DNA of 64,000 nt from Heptranchias perlo (lineage: Eukaryota): the NCBI RefSeq assembly GCF_035084215.1, contig NC_090351.1, positions 28,582,001-28,646,000 on the forward strand. Reading direction: 5' to 3'. The notes below the pieces were generated by a model that was given only the letters and a program-made list of their open reading frames with translations, ran no database searches and was not told the DNA's origin. Of the stretch, positions 37,881 to 51,373 are shown piece after piece; position 1 is the first letter of the stretch; every line of letters starts with the position of its first letter. A program made the position numbers and the translations under genes.

Positions 37881-39271
37881 AAGCTTTAATTCAGAAAACA
37901 GCATTTTAGTAAAAGCAATAGAGAAATTAATCAAAAGTTGTCTATCTCTGTAACAGTTTTTTTAAAAGAAAGGCTTGAGCTGAAAAAGAGTTGTCTGTCC
38001 TTTTAATTCAATGTTGGGGGGTGGTCAGGTGATTTCAGGCTGAGATGTGCTTGTTTACTCAGGGCAGAACCCAATTTAAGGTAATTTAAAGGCAATTTAA
38101 AATCATAAAAGACCATTGCTGGGGGAAACAATCTTTTCAAAGTGGGCTGCTGATGAATTTAACAGCTTCATGTCTCTGCTGAAGAAAACATTGCACGAAA
38201 ACGGACATAAATCCAGCAAATTCACGATTGCCATTGACGGCAATGGTGGACGGAGCTTTGAAAGTGGACTTTGCTCAGTTTAGGTGAGGATATCGGTGGA
38301 GTGACACAAATGTCTAAGCAAATTGTGGCACAGTGTAACTCATGGCATAACACACTTATTCTGTTATTTTCTGGAACTTTTACATTTGAGTAATGGCACA
38401 CGCTGTTGATGCTTCACTAATATGGCACAAGTTTCCAGCAAATTCCAGTCCACTGTCTCCCATAGTGTGCCTATTTTGCCTTTGTATGAATGGGACTATA
38501 TATTGATGTCAATGGTGGTGACAAAGGGAAAGATTTAAAGTAAAGAACTTGCATTTATAGAACGCTTTTCATGGTTTCAGGACGTCCCAAAGCTATTTGT
38601 AGAATAACAATGGAAAAATTGTGTGAGTTGGGTTTCGACACACCAACTAGATCATCACTTCCCTAAAAGCTACTTTAATAGTTACTCTTCCCTTTCACAG
38701 ATGCAATCTACTCCTCCAACCCCTCCCCCTACAACTCACAGAGATACCCTTCCCCTCCAAATCCTCCCAGGGTTACACTTTCATTATAAATCCCTCAAAT
38801 TCACTGCCCCCCCCCCCCAACATTTCAGAGACACTTTCCCTTCCGATATCATCGCCGATTCACAGTCACACTCTTTCCCTCCAACATCCCCCCAGTTTGG
38901 ATACTCACTGCTCCCCAAACTTTCCAGTTCACATAGGATCTGTCTCTCCATCCACCCCCTTCCCGAAGTTCATTCTGGCACTTTTCTCCCTCTCTCCCAA
39001 TTCATGGTGTCACTATTCTTTCTTCTACAGCTCACATTAGCACTCTTATCTCTCCTTCCTCCCATGTCAGTGCTGTTCCTGGCTCCCCACCCCTTAAGTA
39101 AAACCCCTGACCACCCTACATCCAGCACTACTCCCAGGCTTTCTTCCCTCCCCCCTACCTTGCCTCATTGCAGTTTCTAGCCTTTATCGCCATCACTGGT
39201 TCCCCTCTTCCATCTCCCAGGTGCCCCATCCTATCAGCACCACTCCCAGGTTGTACCCCTTAGTACCACTG

Positions 39272-42044
39272 CCTGGCTTCAACATGCTAAACGTCTGCTT
39301 CTTGGTGGTTTTTAACCAGGGAGATACTAACAATATACCATCCAACATGAAAAACATGTCATGTGTGCTCCAGGACATTGACAGTGAAGCATTGACGATT
39401 AGCTAACAATCTTGAAAATCAATAAATATTTCAGATGGATGAAGTATACCCCAGGTTACTTGAAGACACAAGAGTGGAAATTTGTAAAGCACGAATTGTT
39501 ATATTTTTGGATATTTTTTGCCATTCTTTTCCTAGATAGTTTGTCTACATTACAACAGTGACTACACTTCAAAAGTACTTCATTGGCTGTGAAGTACTTT
39601 GGACTGCCCTGAGGATGTGAAAGGTGCTATATAAATGCAAGTTCTTTCTCTTCTTTCATTCTTTCAATATTTTAGATTATTCTCAGAGGGAGCATAAGTG
39701 CAACAATCTAACCAGCTCTTCTTGAACATGAAGTCAGTGAGGCTTTTACCTCCAGGTAAACTACTGCCCAATCTCAAGAGCTGTACTTGATAAGAACTTG
39801 TGTCTAACAGGGTGACCCATTCTTCTACATTTGTAAACTAATTTGAGGTTTCCCTTCTTCCCTTAGTTATTTGTACCTGATGAAGTTTAACTTATGCAAT
39901 GCCCAGAGGGCACAGTGAGACCCTACTGATAGAATACAATGAAAGCAGAGGGCTATGAATATGTTTAAAGTGCTTGCCATCTGGAAAGATCCACCTCCAG
40001 GGATTTAATGAAGAAGCAGCTACTAATTTTCACCACTTCCAATAAATCATCCACCATCTGTATCCCCAAATACTTAATTACACCTGAGGACTCTCCGAAA
40101 GGCTTTAAAATACAACATCTAAGATCACAGCTGCAGGGATGTGCAGTAACCTTGGACTTCACCCAGTAACTTTATACCTTTAGAGGCCTCCAAACTACTC
40201 TATCACTTCCAACAATTTGGTGACGTTAACAGCTGTGTATTGCAAGAAGAAAGCATATTATTCACATATAGAGAAATCCAGTGTTCACTCATAACTATTT
40301 TTGGTCACAGATGTCATTGCAAGCCCCTAAATGGTTGCAGGCAATAATGCATAGGTGATTTACTTGCTGACATGTTGTCAGCATGAGGCCTGAGCCATTT
40401 TGAGGCCCAGGCCTCATTTACATGCAGCTGGTGAGCTGCGGCATCCCTCTGCAACACACCGGTTGTAGGAGGGTGGGAAATCCACGGGCTCCCATGCTGA
40501 GCCAGCTGACGGTTGAAGCCTGGGGGATGGGAAGGCAATCCCAGGGGACCAGGGACTGGCAGGCATTGGGCTAGAGTTTGTATGTGGGCACAGGAGGAGC
40601 ACTCCGTGACCCTTTGAAAAAAAATTAAACATGACCTGGGTCATTTTATGAGTGGCCTAGGCCTCTCAATGCCTGGTACAAACGAACAGAGCATTCGCCC
40701 ATTTGTACCTCAAAATTGCAATCAGTGACCTTTTGTAGGACCCTGATTTGCTTATTACGAGTGGCCTCCCACCTGAACTCTTAATGGCCACCATCTCAGG
40801 ACCCTACCCAAGATGGTGGCAGCTGCAGCACCAGCTTAAACTGAGCAGTAAGTGATCCGATGCCATTTTTGGGCCACTATTGCTCCGTTTACACCAGGTG
40901 GAGCATGTTAAAATCAGCCCCATGGTTCCTATTTTGAACTGACTGAAAAAAAATGATGTTGGCTTTAGTTGTGGTTTCTTCAATTTTTATTTTCAGATAT
41001 GCTACTTTGCAAAGGATGATGTTGGCCTAAAGAATTTCCCGCATTTCTTCAAAGAACAGTCTCATGAGGAACATGAGCACTGCTGAGAAAATGCTGGGAC
41101 TGCAGAATTGCTGGAGAGGCAAGATGTTAAAATTGCTTTTATAGAAGGGTTACTGGAGCTCTTTTATAACATTTCAGTTTGACTGTACCACAAAAACAGC
41201 TGGAAAATGGGATGTGTTTGTACTTTTCTGTGATTTTTGTAGCATCCAAATATTGTGTGCACTATAATCTTTAACTTTACTAACCTGGGTACACTTTTTA
41301 TATTGAGAAATTGGAAAGAATTGGTGCAGCAACGGTCTGGAGGCAAAGCAAAGTGCTGTGGAACAGAATCTACTGGAATGACACAAACTTGCCTCCAGTA
41401 AGGCTGACTCTCATATAGGCCGTGAAATGTTGGATTTATGAATATTTGCATCCGAGAGTGAGAAACACTTAACTAAAATTAATTGGACACTTGTATCTAA
41501 AGAGTGCAGCATCAATCCTTAAGGCTAATTAAAAATATACCAATGACTTTAACAACTCCATTATTTCGAGCTAGCTGAATTGTGTACTCTCCTTAGCTAT
41601 TACAGCATCTGTCACAATGTATGTGAAACCAATCTAAAGAATTTATCTTCCAAGCAGATTCTCTTGAAGTTTGGAAATTTCATTTAACATCAAATTTTTG
41701 CAATTGTGCAGTGAGATAATTGACTGTTGAGCATTCCTCTCTGTGGATCTGAAACTGTCAATCCTAATCCTTCAGGTATTAAAAAGACTATGCCCTCTTC
41801 ATTTCTGAAGGAGGAAATGTATTAGAACAAATAGTATGGTACACAAAATTTGTAATTATTGTCAATTATAACTTATTTATTTCTGAAGAGTTAGGTATAT
41901 TACGTTCATGTATTTTCCCTTCTATTCCAGTTGTGTGATATTTTGGACATTCAATACTTGGATGCGCAAGTAAATACAATCAAAGAAACTGGAGACCACA
42001 TCATCAACTTGAAGTATCTAGGAGCTCCGAACAATGGAGTGGGA
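39272..42044 (+). pseudogene. unprocessed (intron-containing) ferritin pseudogene
   Basis: exon 2 40997-~41125 ICYFAKDDVGLKNFPHFFKEQSHEEHEH/AEKMLGLQN (frameshift at 41081); exon 3 41308-41414 ..NGLEAKQSAVEQNLLE*HKLASSKADSH; exon 4 41931-42044 LCDILDIQYLDAQVNTIKETGDHIINLKYLGAPNNG; weaker exon 1 ~39347-39416 (SCVLQDIDSEAL) and IRE-like 39272-39293. Confidence 0.88.
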
Positions 42045-42740
42045 AAGGACATCACTTCAGGAAGCTTCCTTAGCTCAACAATCTTCAGCTGCTTCATCAA
42101 TGATCTTCTCGCTAGCATAAGGTTTGGAGTGGGGCTGTTCGTTGATGATTCCAGTGTTCAGATCCATTCACAATGCCTCCGATAATGAAGCAGCCCATGC
42201 CAACCAACAGCAGGCCCTGGATAACGTCTAGGCTTGGGCTAACAAGTGGCAGGTAGCATTCGCACCACATAAATGCTAGGTAATGATCATCTTGAATGAG
42301 AAAGCCCAGCCATCTCCCCAGTGGGTCCATCATCACTGAGTCTCTCACCATCAATGTCTTGTGGACCCCAACTGACAAGAAGTTTAACTGGAAAAGGCAT
42401 GTCAACACCGTGGTTACAAGTGCAAGACAAAGGCTGGTTCCTCTGTGATGAATTGGTCACCTCCTGACCCCTCAAAGCATATTAACTATCTACAAGGTTC
42501 AAGTCAGGAGTATGATGGAAAATTCATCACTCGCCCTGATAGATGCAACCACAAGAACATTCAAGAAACTCAACGCTATTCAGGACAGAAAACTTTACTT
42601 GACACTGAACCCAATAGGTGGGATGACCATCACTAGAAAGACTACAGCAGTTCAAGGAGAAGGTCCACTGCCACCTTCTCACAGCAATTAATGATGAACA
42701 GTAAATGCAGCTTTGCCAGCATCACCCAAAGAGCAAGAAT
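42045..42740 (+). mobile_element. old family A LINE fragment truncating ferritin exon 4
   Basis: TIFSCFINDL..F.DD motif and family A 3' end. Confidence 0.8.
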
Positions 42741-43169
42741 TTTTTTTTAAGAAACGATAATATATTGAATGTCAACAATATATCTTGCTTAAAAAAATCC
42801 ATGGCTTCCTACAACTGTCAGTTTGTCTTTCAGTTGAACTTGTGTTTGTGTTATCCATCCAATTAGGTATAAGCAGGTTGGGTCAGTTTTCAAATGACTG
42901 GGCTAACGTGGGCGTAGGCTGGTGTACACAGCATAGCCATGTTTTATTTTTCACAGGAGACGTTACTGTGGTCGGACAATTGGCAATTCTGAAACCGAGG
43001 GGAACCCCATTTTAAAGAAGTGAACCCAGATACTAAGGAGATACTAAAGCTGCTGGACTTTGGCAGCTTTTTCCATCTGCAGGTCACACATCCTTTGGTA
43101 GGAATGGCCTACAAGACCCCAAGAATCTAAAATTATTTGTACCAAATTGTTCGAATTAAAATAGGAAAA

Positions 43170-46100
43170 TGGATCTTGTGCCATGTGGGAACTCCAGGAT
43201 GCTTCCCGTGTCCTGGACAACCACAGGTGCAGGAAGTGCCATCAGCTGGAGGAGCTCGAGCTCAGGATTTCGGAGCTTGAGCGGCAGCTGGCGTCATTGA
43301 AGTGCATCCGTGAGGTTGAGCGGTACGTGGAAAGTACGTTTCAGGAAGTGGTCACCCCACAGGTTAAGAAAGTGCAGGCAGAGAGGGACTGAGTGCCCGC
43401 CAGACAGACAGGAGTCCCTTGAGTGCATCTCGCTCTCTAACCAGTAGCATAGCACCTAGACCATAGCACTTTGGGTGGCTCAACTGTACAGGGGGGAGGA
43501 GAAAGGTCAGCGGAGCAATAGTGATAGGGGATTCTATAGTTAGGGGAGCAGATAGGCATTTCTGTGGCCGCAGACGTGATTCCAGGATGGTATGTTGCCT
43601 CCCTGGTGCCAGGGTCAAGGATGTCACTGAGCGGCTGCAGAACATTCTGGAGGGGGAGGGTGAACAGCCAGAGGTTGTGGTCCATATTGGTGCCAACAAC
43701 ATAGGTAGAAAGAGGGATGAGGTCCTGCAGGAAGATTTTAAGGAGTTAGAAAAGAGAGTAAGAAGCAGGACCTCAAGGGTAGTAATCTCCAGATTACTCC
43801 CAGTGCCACGTGCTAGTGAGTATAGAAATAGGAGGAAAGAGCAGATGAATGCGTGGCTGGAAAGATGGTGCAGGAGGGAGGGCTTTAGATTCCTGGGGCA
43901 TTGGGACCTGTTCTGGGGGGGTGGGTCCTGTACAAGCCGGAGGGTTTGCACCTCAACAGGGCCGGGACCAATATCCTTGCAGGTGGTTTGCTGATGTTTT
44001 TGGGGAGGGTTTAAACTAGCTTGGCAAGGGAATGGGAACTGAGTGTAGATTCAGAATCAGAACTGGAGATAGAAGGCAGAAAATGAGTAAGTGACTTAGG
44101 AAGGCAGAGGAAACAAAGGTTAGAAAAGAAACAGCGAGGGAGTTTGGCAGTGCTTAAAGGTATATACCTCAATGCAAGGAGTATAGTGAATAAGGCAGAT
44201 GAGCTGAGGGCACACATAGACACATGGCAGTATGATATCTTAGCTATTATAGAAACATGGCTTAAAGAGGGGCAGGAATGGCAGCTCAACGTTCCTGGTT
44301 ACAAGGTTTTCAGACAAGATAGAGAAGGGGATAAAAAAGGAGGTGGGGGGTGGCAATTTTAGTTAAAGAAACAATTACAGCTGTGAGGAGGGATGATATG
44401 TTAGAAGGATCATCAAATGAGGCCATATGGGTTGAGCTAAGGAACAAAAAAGGGACAGTCACACTACTGGGAGTGTACTACAGACCCCCAAACAGTCAGA
44501 GGGAGATAGAAGAGCAAATATGTAGGCAAATTTCTGAGAAGTGCAAAAACAGTAGGGCAGTAATAGTAGGGGATTTCAACTACCCTAATATTAACTGGGA
44601 CACAAACAATGTGAAGGGTATAGAGGGCCCAAAATTCTTAAATTGCATTCAGGAGAACTTTTTTTAGCCAGTATGTAGCAAGCCCAACAAGAGAGGGGGC
44701 AGTTTTGGATTTAATTTAGGAAATGAGGCTGGGCAGGTGGAAGGAGTATCAGTGGGAGAGCATTTTGGTGATAGTGATCATAATTCAATTAGTTTTAGCA
44801 TTGTTATGGAAAAGAACAAAGATAGAACAGAACTTAAAGTTCTCAATTGGGGAAATGCCAATTTTACTAAGCTGAGAAGTGATTTAGCAAAAATGGACTG
44901 GAAACAGCTACTTGAAGGTAAATCAGTGTCAGAGCAATGGGAGGCATTCAAGGGGAAAATTCAAGGGGTGCAGAGTAAACATGTTCCCACAAAGAAAAAG
45001 GGTGGGGCTGCCAAATCTAGAGCCCCCAGGATGTCAAGGAGCATAAGGCAAAAAAGGAAAGCTTATGTCAGACACCGAGAACTCAATGCTACAGAAAGCC
45101 TAGAGGAGTATAAAAAGGGCAGGGGCGAAATTAAAAAGGAAATTAGGAAAGCAAAGAGAGGACATGAAAAAATATTGGCAAGTAAAATCAAGAAAACCCC
45201 CAAAATGGTTTATAAATACATTAAGAGCAAGAGAATAACTAAGGAAAGAGTAGGGCCTATTAGAGACCAAAAATGTAACCTATGTGTGGAGGCGTAAGAT
45301 GTTGGTATGGTTCTTAATGAATACTTTGCATATCTCTTCACAAAAGGGAGGGACGATGCATTGTAGTGAAGGAGGAGGAGTGTGAAATATTGGATGGGAT
45401 AAACTTAGTGAGAGAGGAAATATTATGGGGATTAGCATCTTTGAAAGTAGATAAACCACCAGGGCCAGATGAAATGTATCCCAGGCTGTTAAAAGAAGCA
45501 AGGGAGGAAATAGCAGAGACTCTGACCATCATTTGCCAATCCTCACTGGATACAGGCATGGTGCCAGAGGATTGGAGGACTGCTAACGTTGTACCATTGT
45601 TTAAAAAGGGAGCGAGGGTTAGACCAAGTAATTACAGGCCAGTCTGTCTAACCTCGGTGGTAGGCAAATTATTGGAATCAATTCTGAGGGACAGGATAAA
45701 CCATCACTTAGAAAGGCTTGGAGTAATCAAGGACAGTCAGCATGGATTTGTTAAGGGAAGGTCGTGTCTGACTAATTTGTTTGAATTTTTTGAGGAGGTA
45801 ACAAGGAGGGTTGATGTGGGTAGTGCATTTGATGTAGTCTACATGGATTTTGATGTGGAGATGCCGGTGATGGACTGGGGTGGACAAATGTAAGGAATCT
45901 TACAACACCAGGTTATAGTCCAACAAATTTATTTTAAAATCACAAGCTTTCGGAGATTATCTCCTTCGTCAGATGAATGAATGAAAAGGTTCTCAAATCG
46001 CATATCTTATACTATGTTGGGACAGCATCACACCAATCAAAAGGTGTCGTTGTTATTCAAACAGGCCAGTCACGGAGAACAGCACGTCCCAGTACACTCG

Positions 46101-47347
46101 ATATACATTGTGTCTATCACACAGGCAGCCACATGGATTTTAGCAAGGCTTTTGACAAGGTCCCACATGGCAGACTGATCAAAAAAGTACAAGCCCACGG
46201 GATCCAAGGGAGAGTGGCAAGTTGGATCCAAAATTGGCTCAGTGGCAGGAAGCAAAGGGTAATGGTCAACGGGTGTTTTTGTGACTGGAAGGCTGTTTCC
46301 AGTAGGGTTCGGCAGGGCTCAGTACTAGGTCCCATGCTTTTTGTGAAATATATTAATGATTTGGACTTAAATGTAGGGAGCATGATTAAGAAGTGTGCAT
46401 ATGATACAAAAATTGAGTAAGAAGTTTGCAGATGATACAAAAATTGGCCGCGTGGTTGATAGTGAGGAGGAAAGCTGTAGACTGCAGGAAGATATCAATG
46501 GACTGGTCAGGTGGGCAGAAAAGTGCCAAATGGAATTCAATCCGGAGAAGTGTGAGGTAATGCATTTGGGGAAGGCAAACAAGGCAAGGGAGTACACAAT
46601 AAATGGGAGGATACTGAAAGGTGTAGAGGAAGTGAGGGACCTTGAAGTGCATGTCCACAGATCCCTGAAGGTAGCAGGACAGGTAGGTAAGGTGGTTAAG
46701 AAGGCATATGGAATACTTTCCTTTATAAGCCGGGGCATAGAATATAAGAGCAGGGAGGTTATGCAGGAACTGTATAAAACACTGGTTAGGCCACAGCTTG
46801 AGTACTGTGTACAGTTCTGGTCACCACATTACAGGAAGGATGTAATTGCACTAGAGAGGATAGATAGGAGATTTACGAGGATGCTGCCAGGACTGGAGAA
46901 TTTTAGCTATGAGGAAAGATTCGATAGGCTGGGGTTGTTCTCTTTAAAACAGAGGAGGCTGAGGAGTGATTTAATTGAGGTGTACAAACTTATGAGGAGC
47001 CTAGATTGAGTGGATAGGAAGGACCTATTTACCTTAGCAGAGAGGTAAATAACCAAGGGGCATAGATTTAAAGTGATTGGTAGAAGGATTAGAGGGGAGC
47101 TGAGGAAACATTTTTTCACCCAAAGGGTGGTAGGGGTCTGGAACTCACTGCCTGAAAGGGTGGTAGAGGCAGAAACCCTCAACTCATTTAAAAAAGTATC
47201 TGGATGTGCACTGAAAGTACCATGACCTAAAAGGTTAGGGACCAAGTGCAGGAAAGTGGGATTAGGCTGAGTGGCTCATTTTCGGCGGGCGTGGACACAA
47301 TGGGCCGAATGGCCTCCTGCTGTGCCGTAAATTTTCTATGATTCTAA
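43170..47347 (+). mobile_element. near full-length CR1 LINE (decayed)
   Basis: ORF1 zinc-finger/leucine zipper (CRKCHQLEELELRISELERQL) and SGNH esterase (VIGDSIVRG); ORF2 APE (YLNARSIVNK, GDFNYP, SDHN) and RT (GPDEMYPRLLKE, FADDTK); ATTCTA-type 3' tail. Confidence 0.95.
45852..46130 (-). mobile_element. Penelope pLTR fragment inserted in CR1 ORF2
   Basis: 11-bp TSD ACATGGATTTT at 45841-45851 and 46131-46141; hammerhead TCAT-CTGACGA-A-GGAG ataat CTCC-GAAAGCT-T-GTGA at 45940-45976 (-). Confidence 0.88.
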
Positions 47348-49704
47348 GTGCACATGTGCGAGTGCGACTAAGTAACGTGGTATCTCTGCATCGGTCGCAG
47401 CAAAAAGTAATAAACTCAGTCCTTATAACTCTAAATGTCTCATTTAAAGTCCTGTAGCGACTAACTTTTTACCAATTAATAGAAGTCTTTTCCCCACATT
47501 AAAATTTTACCCCCACGAAACAAAGTGTTCTAAAATTAATCAGAGTACAACATTTTTAAATCTAAGTTCCAAAATTTCCCAGGGGCAACATGTCCTTAAG
47601 ACTGCCTTCGGATTATCCTACTAGCATGAGGGACATTTTAAACTCGCTGCCCATATCCCTAATACTTTCCCACATGTAAGCCTTTATTTAAAATAATCAT
47701 GTTCTTTATGGTGACAGAATAGAACCATTAAGGTTCCACTTGGAATACTTCTTGTTCCTGTATGTATCCAAATACATTGAGTGAAAGCATCGCCTCCCGA
47801 GAATCGCAGTCGTAAATGTTCCTATATCGGTTCTATTTTCAATGGACACTTGTCACTTGCTAAATCCTTTTTTTATTCTGACACTGGCTATTCCCAATGA
47901 AAGCCCCAGATCGCCTTATTAGCGATTATCATCATAATCTGTGTTTAGGACTGATGACTAATATCTTTCTACTTGACCTCGATGAACGCCGCCCACTTAA
48001 GAACTTTCTTAAATTATATATGCGGTAAATTAAGTATTACCTCCTACTATGTTCCACACACGTACCTATTCTGATGGTGAGGCCAAATTCCATCTGAAAC
48101 TCTTTCCGAGGCTTGAAGTCTTTAGAAACCAAATCTTAGAAGTAAAACAGGGCTTCCAAACAGTTTGCAAAACTCAAGGTGACTGCATCTGGCATCACGT
48201 GGCGCCTAAAACCTTAAACCGGCCTTAAATCTGCAACTCTGTGCCTGCAAATACTTGGTCTTAATTTCTGCCTACTGTTTCACTGAAATATGTTAACAGG
48301 ATATTTTGGCACAATATTCACCAAATTACTATGATGATCTTAAAGATCCCAATTCCAAAACTCTTGAAGTATTTTAAAATATCTTATTTACTCCCCTTTC
48401 CTCCCTCAATCTATTTGATCAAGTCAATGCATATGGATCTGGGGAATGTTTTGTATAGTAGTATTATTTGGAGTAGATTACCCTCCTGGGTAATTGTGGT
48501 TAGCTGTCTCCGCTCATTCTCAACTTCTGGAGCGCCTGCAAATGAGCACTCTATCCTCCTCAGTCCCCTCAACAGCCCACCTCCAAGGTATTGCCCTCTC
48601 TCGGTTCCATGAAAACTTTATTGCAATGTCGACATTAAGAGTCAGCGAGTGCTTCTTGTAACAGGACCGCTGGAAATCAAATATTTAAAAGGCTCTATTA
48701 AGTTGGATACTTGGCAAACCAACATTGTTAGGTTTTCGTTTCCTGTCTTTCCAAATTGAATAGTTACAAATCAGATTGTTAAAGCATTTGTGGTGTGAGT
48801 TTTGAGTTTTTCCACAGCTCCATACTTGTGATGCCATAAAAGCATTTGAATTACAGCTAAAAGGTAACTGATACTGAATTATGAAGAATACTTGCATTGG
48901 TCCCTCAAGCAGCCCTGTATTTAGCCGCATACGCGTAGATATTTAGTGTACCCCATTATTCCGTATGAAAAAACTATTGGTAAAAAAAAATCAGAAGCGG
49001 CTATTTCAAGAGCATTCAATAATAAATAGGTAGAAGATAAAGCGCCCTCACGTAACAAAAATGTATTCTTATTTTGTCATATTTCTGAACATTCATTTTT
49101 GTGATTAACTGCTCTGCTGAAATGAATAGTTCTTTTATCCTATTTCACTATTCAAACAGGACCATCTCTGCGCTGTACCCTGGTATTGTCCCACTTGTCC
49201 AACTAAGGATTTTGCACTACTTTTAGTCAGAAATTGGCGTCTCTGTCGAACCAGCAGGTCCAACAGTTGATAAGAACGTTGAACCACACTACAAGGCGTC
49301 ACTTTTTTGGGATATCATATTCTTTATTTTCATTACTGAAAAGATCAATGCAATCTCGTAGGAACCGTTTCTACTTTTTCATTTAATTGGATTTTAAATT
49401 TATTCAACAATTAGCGGCTACCTGAGCAAAACACTGCACGTATGTGGGCTGGGGAGGGGTTTTCGCTCTAAGGCGAATGAAGGTCACTAAATATCATAGG
49501 ATGCTGAAGGGAAAGCTCATAATAAACTTAGCGCTCTTTAAGTAGGTATTGCCCTGCTTGAAGCTAGATCTGAAATCTCGCATTAATAAGAATGATAGCC
49601 CTTCGTGTCCAATAATAGCACAACACTGGAGAAGTGGCGAGGGGTGGTGGGATCAAACTCAGAACTCCCAGCCAGTGAAGTGGTTGTTGCATGTTCGGGA
49701 AGAT

Positions 49705-50085
49705 GTCTTCACTTTAGAAGGCCAATCCGACGGTGCTGAAGTGAGGTTTGATCAAAGTTCTGGGCTCTAAGACTGGTCAAGTCCGTATTCTGAGGGTTGA
49801 AGTGATCGTGGGAAGAGAATCCGAACTGTAGAAGGCCAACTGAAGTGAGGTTGCCCAGGGACAGAACATCTAGTCTCAGAAAGAGCAGTGTTGAGGTGAT
49901 CGAAGATACAAATCCTGGTTTTGGAAGACCTTTGGGGGTGAGGGTTTCTCGAGGACAAAACGCTCTGGAAGATTGAGCAGGAAGGCGATCGAACACAGAC
50001 TGACTTTGGAAGACAAACCAGCCTCCGTTAAGTTGAGGGTTGATCAAGGACAGAAGTTTGGAGTTCTAGAAGATCACTCAGTTAA
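49705..50085 (+). repeat. degenerate ~45-50-bp tandem repeat upstream of GCAP2
   Basis: recurring GAGG(GT)TGATCRAGGACARAA...(T)CTGGAAGA-like units at ~49738, 49791, 49842, 49893, 49940 and 50035. Confidence 0.45.
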
Positions 50086-50185
50086 GGTCTGACGAAAGGT
50101 CCTCGACCTGAAACGTTAACTCTGTTTCTTTCTCCACAGACGTTGCCTGACTTGCTGAGTTTCTCCAGCATTTTCTGTTTTTAAT
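50086..50185 (+). mobile_element. second Penelope-type pLTR remnant with a hammerhead motif
   Basis: CTGACGA-A-AGGTC ctc GACCT-GAAACGT-T-AAC at 50089-50120; palindromic AACGTT stem III. Confidence 0.65.
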
Positions 50186-50278
50186 TCCCGTTAAGGTGAC
50201 CGGGGTCTGGGGTTCTCGCCCTGAGAGACTGACCATTTCCTGTTGAAGTCTCTGCCAGAGTATCCCAGATCTGCAGCT

Positions 50279-50476
50279 ATGGGGCAGATGGCGAGTGCTG
50301 AGAGTAAAGGGGAAATAGGTGTTGCTGAGCTGCAAAACTTGTACAAGAAGTTCGTGATTGAATGTCCCAGCGGAACCCTTTTCTTTCACGAATTTAAGCA
50401 CTTTTTTGGAGTTTCTGATAACGAAGAAGCCGCCGACTACATCGAGAACATGTTTCGGGCATTTGATAAGAATGGG
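50279..50476 (+). CDS. GUCA1B: guanylyl cyclase-activating protein 2-type (GCAP2/GUCA1B or GUCA1B-like), exon 1
   Basis: [43 protein letters not shown]...MFRAFDKNG|gtgagt; Gly2 myristoylation site, CPSG motif in EF1. Confidence 0.93.
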
Positions 50477-51373
50477 GTGAGTGCGAGTCTGCTCTTTTGC
50501 CTGTAGCCCTTATAACCAACTGCAATCAACCAGAAATTATGAATGATTTGATTAATGGCAAATAAATGATGCGCTTCGTCGAGACGTTAAGCGGAGGTCT
50601 TGTCCGCCTGTCTGGTGGATGTTAAAGCTGTAATGTGAAGGCGATGGATTTGGAAAGACGCCTTCTAAAACCAGTCTAAAACCAAATTTGTGATTGACAT
50701 AATGTCCCGTTGATTTTAGTTGAATCAAATGGAAGGGGGCGGGGTCAGATGGAAAGAAAAGATCTCCAGAATGTTGAGAGGACACTTTTAAACCTGAAAA
50801 CGAAAACACTGCCCTTCAGTGGCCATTCGTTCTCTTCTGCAAATATGAAGTTGGACTATTAGTTTCATAAATGTTGCTAGCAAACTTGTACATGGTTCAT
50901 ACCTGTGGAGAAACGGTCAGTGATTTTGTAATGGTTTCTGGATGTATTGCTCAGTTCATCCTGAATTTGACTAAAAAAGATCTATATGTGGTTTTCTATG
51001 TGAGTTGAGCGGGATATTAGGATTCAAAAAATGTCAAAAATCAGAACCGAATAAATTTACAAGAAGGGAATGCAAATTTCGAATCAATTTAAACTTCAGT
51101 TTATGTTAAAAAAAACACTGTGGAAGAATTATCTGCAAAATATGTAATCGCCTATTGGGTAATAGACGAATGCAGAGAGAATTCCTCCGAACAGGTTAAA
51201 CTGAATTCCATTCTAACCTGTGGAAAGTATTTGGTACTTGTGTTAGAATGGTCAGCTGTCAATGATGCAATATAAGAAACTCGACAGGTTGTAAACCTAT
51301 CGCAGGACATGTTTTGATTCAGTCGGTAATTTTGATTCAGTCGGTAAAGAGCACCGATTTGTATTTCTTTCAG

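Noticed and set aside
38623-39180. 185-aa Pro/Ser-rich ORF
   Set aside because: Low-complexity C/T-rich DNA with no recognisable domain
46386-46445. Short tandem duplication around the FADDTK codons
   Set aside because: Ordinary post-insertion decay of a CR1 copy
48075-48137. Possible minus-strand exon DLVSKDFKPRKEFQMEFGLTIRI with a gtacgt donor
   Set aside because: Isolated, unrecognised peptide with no partner exons found
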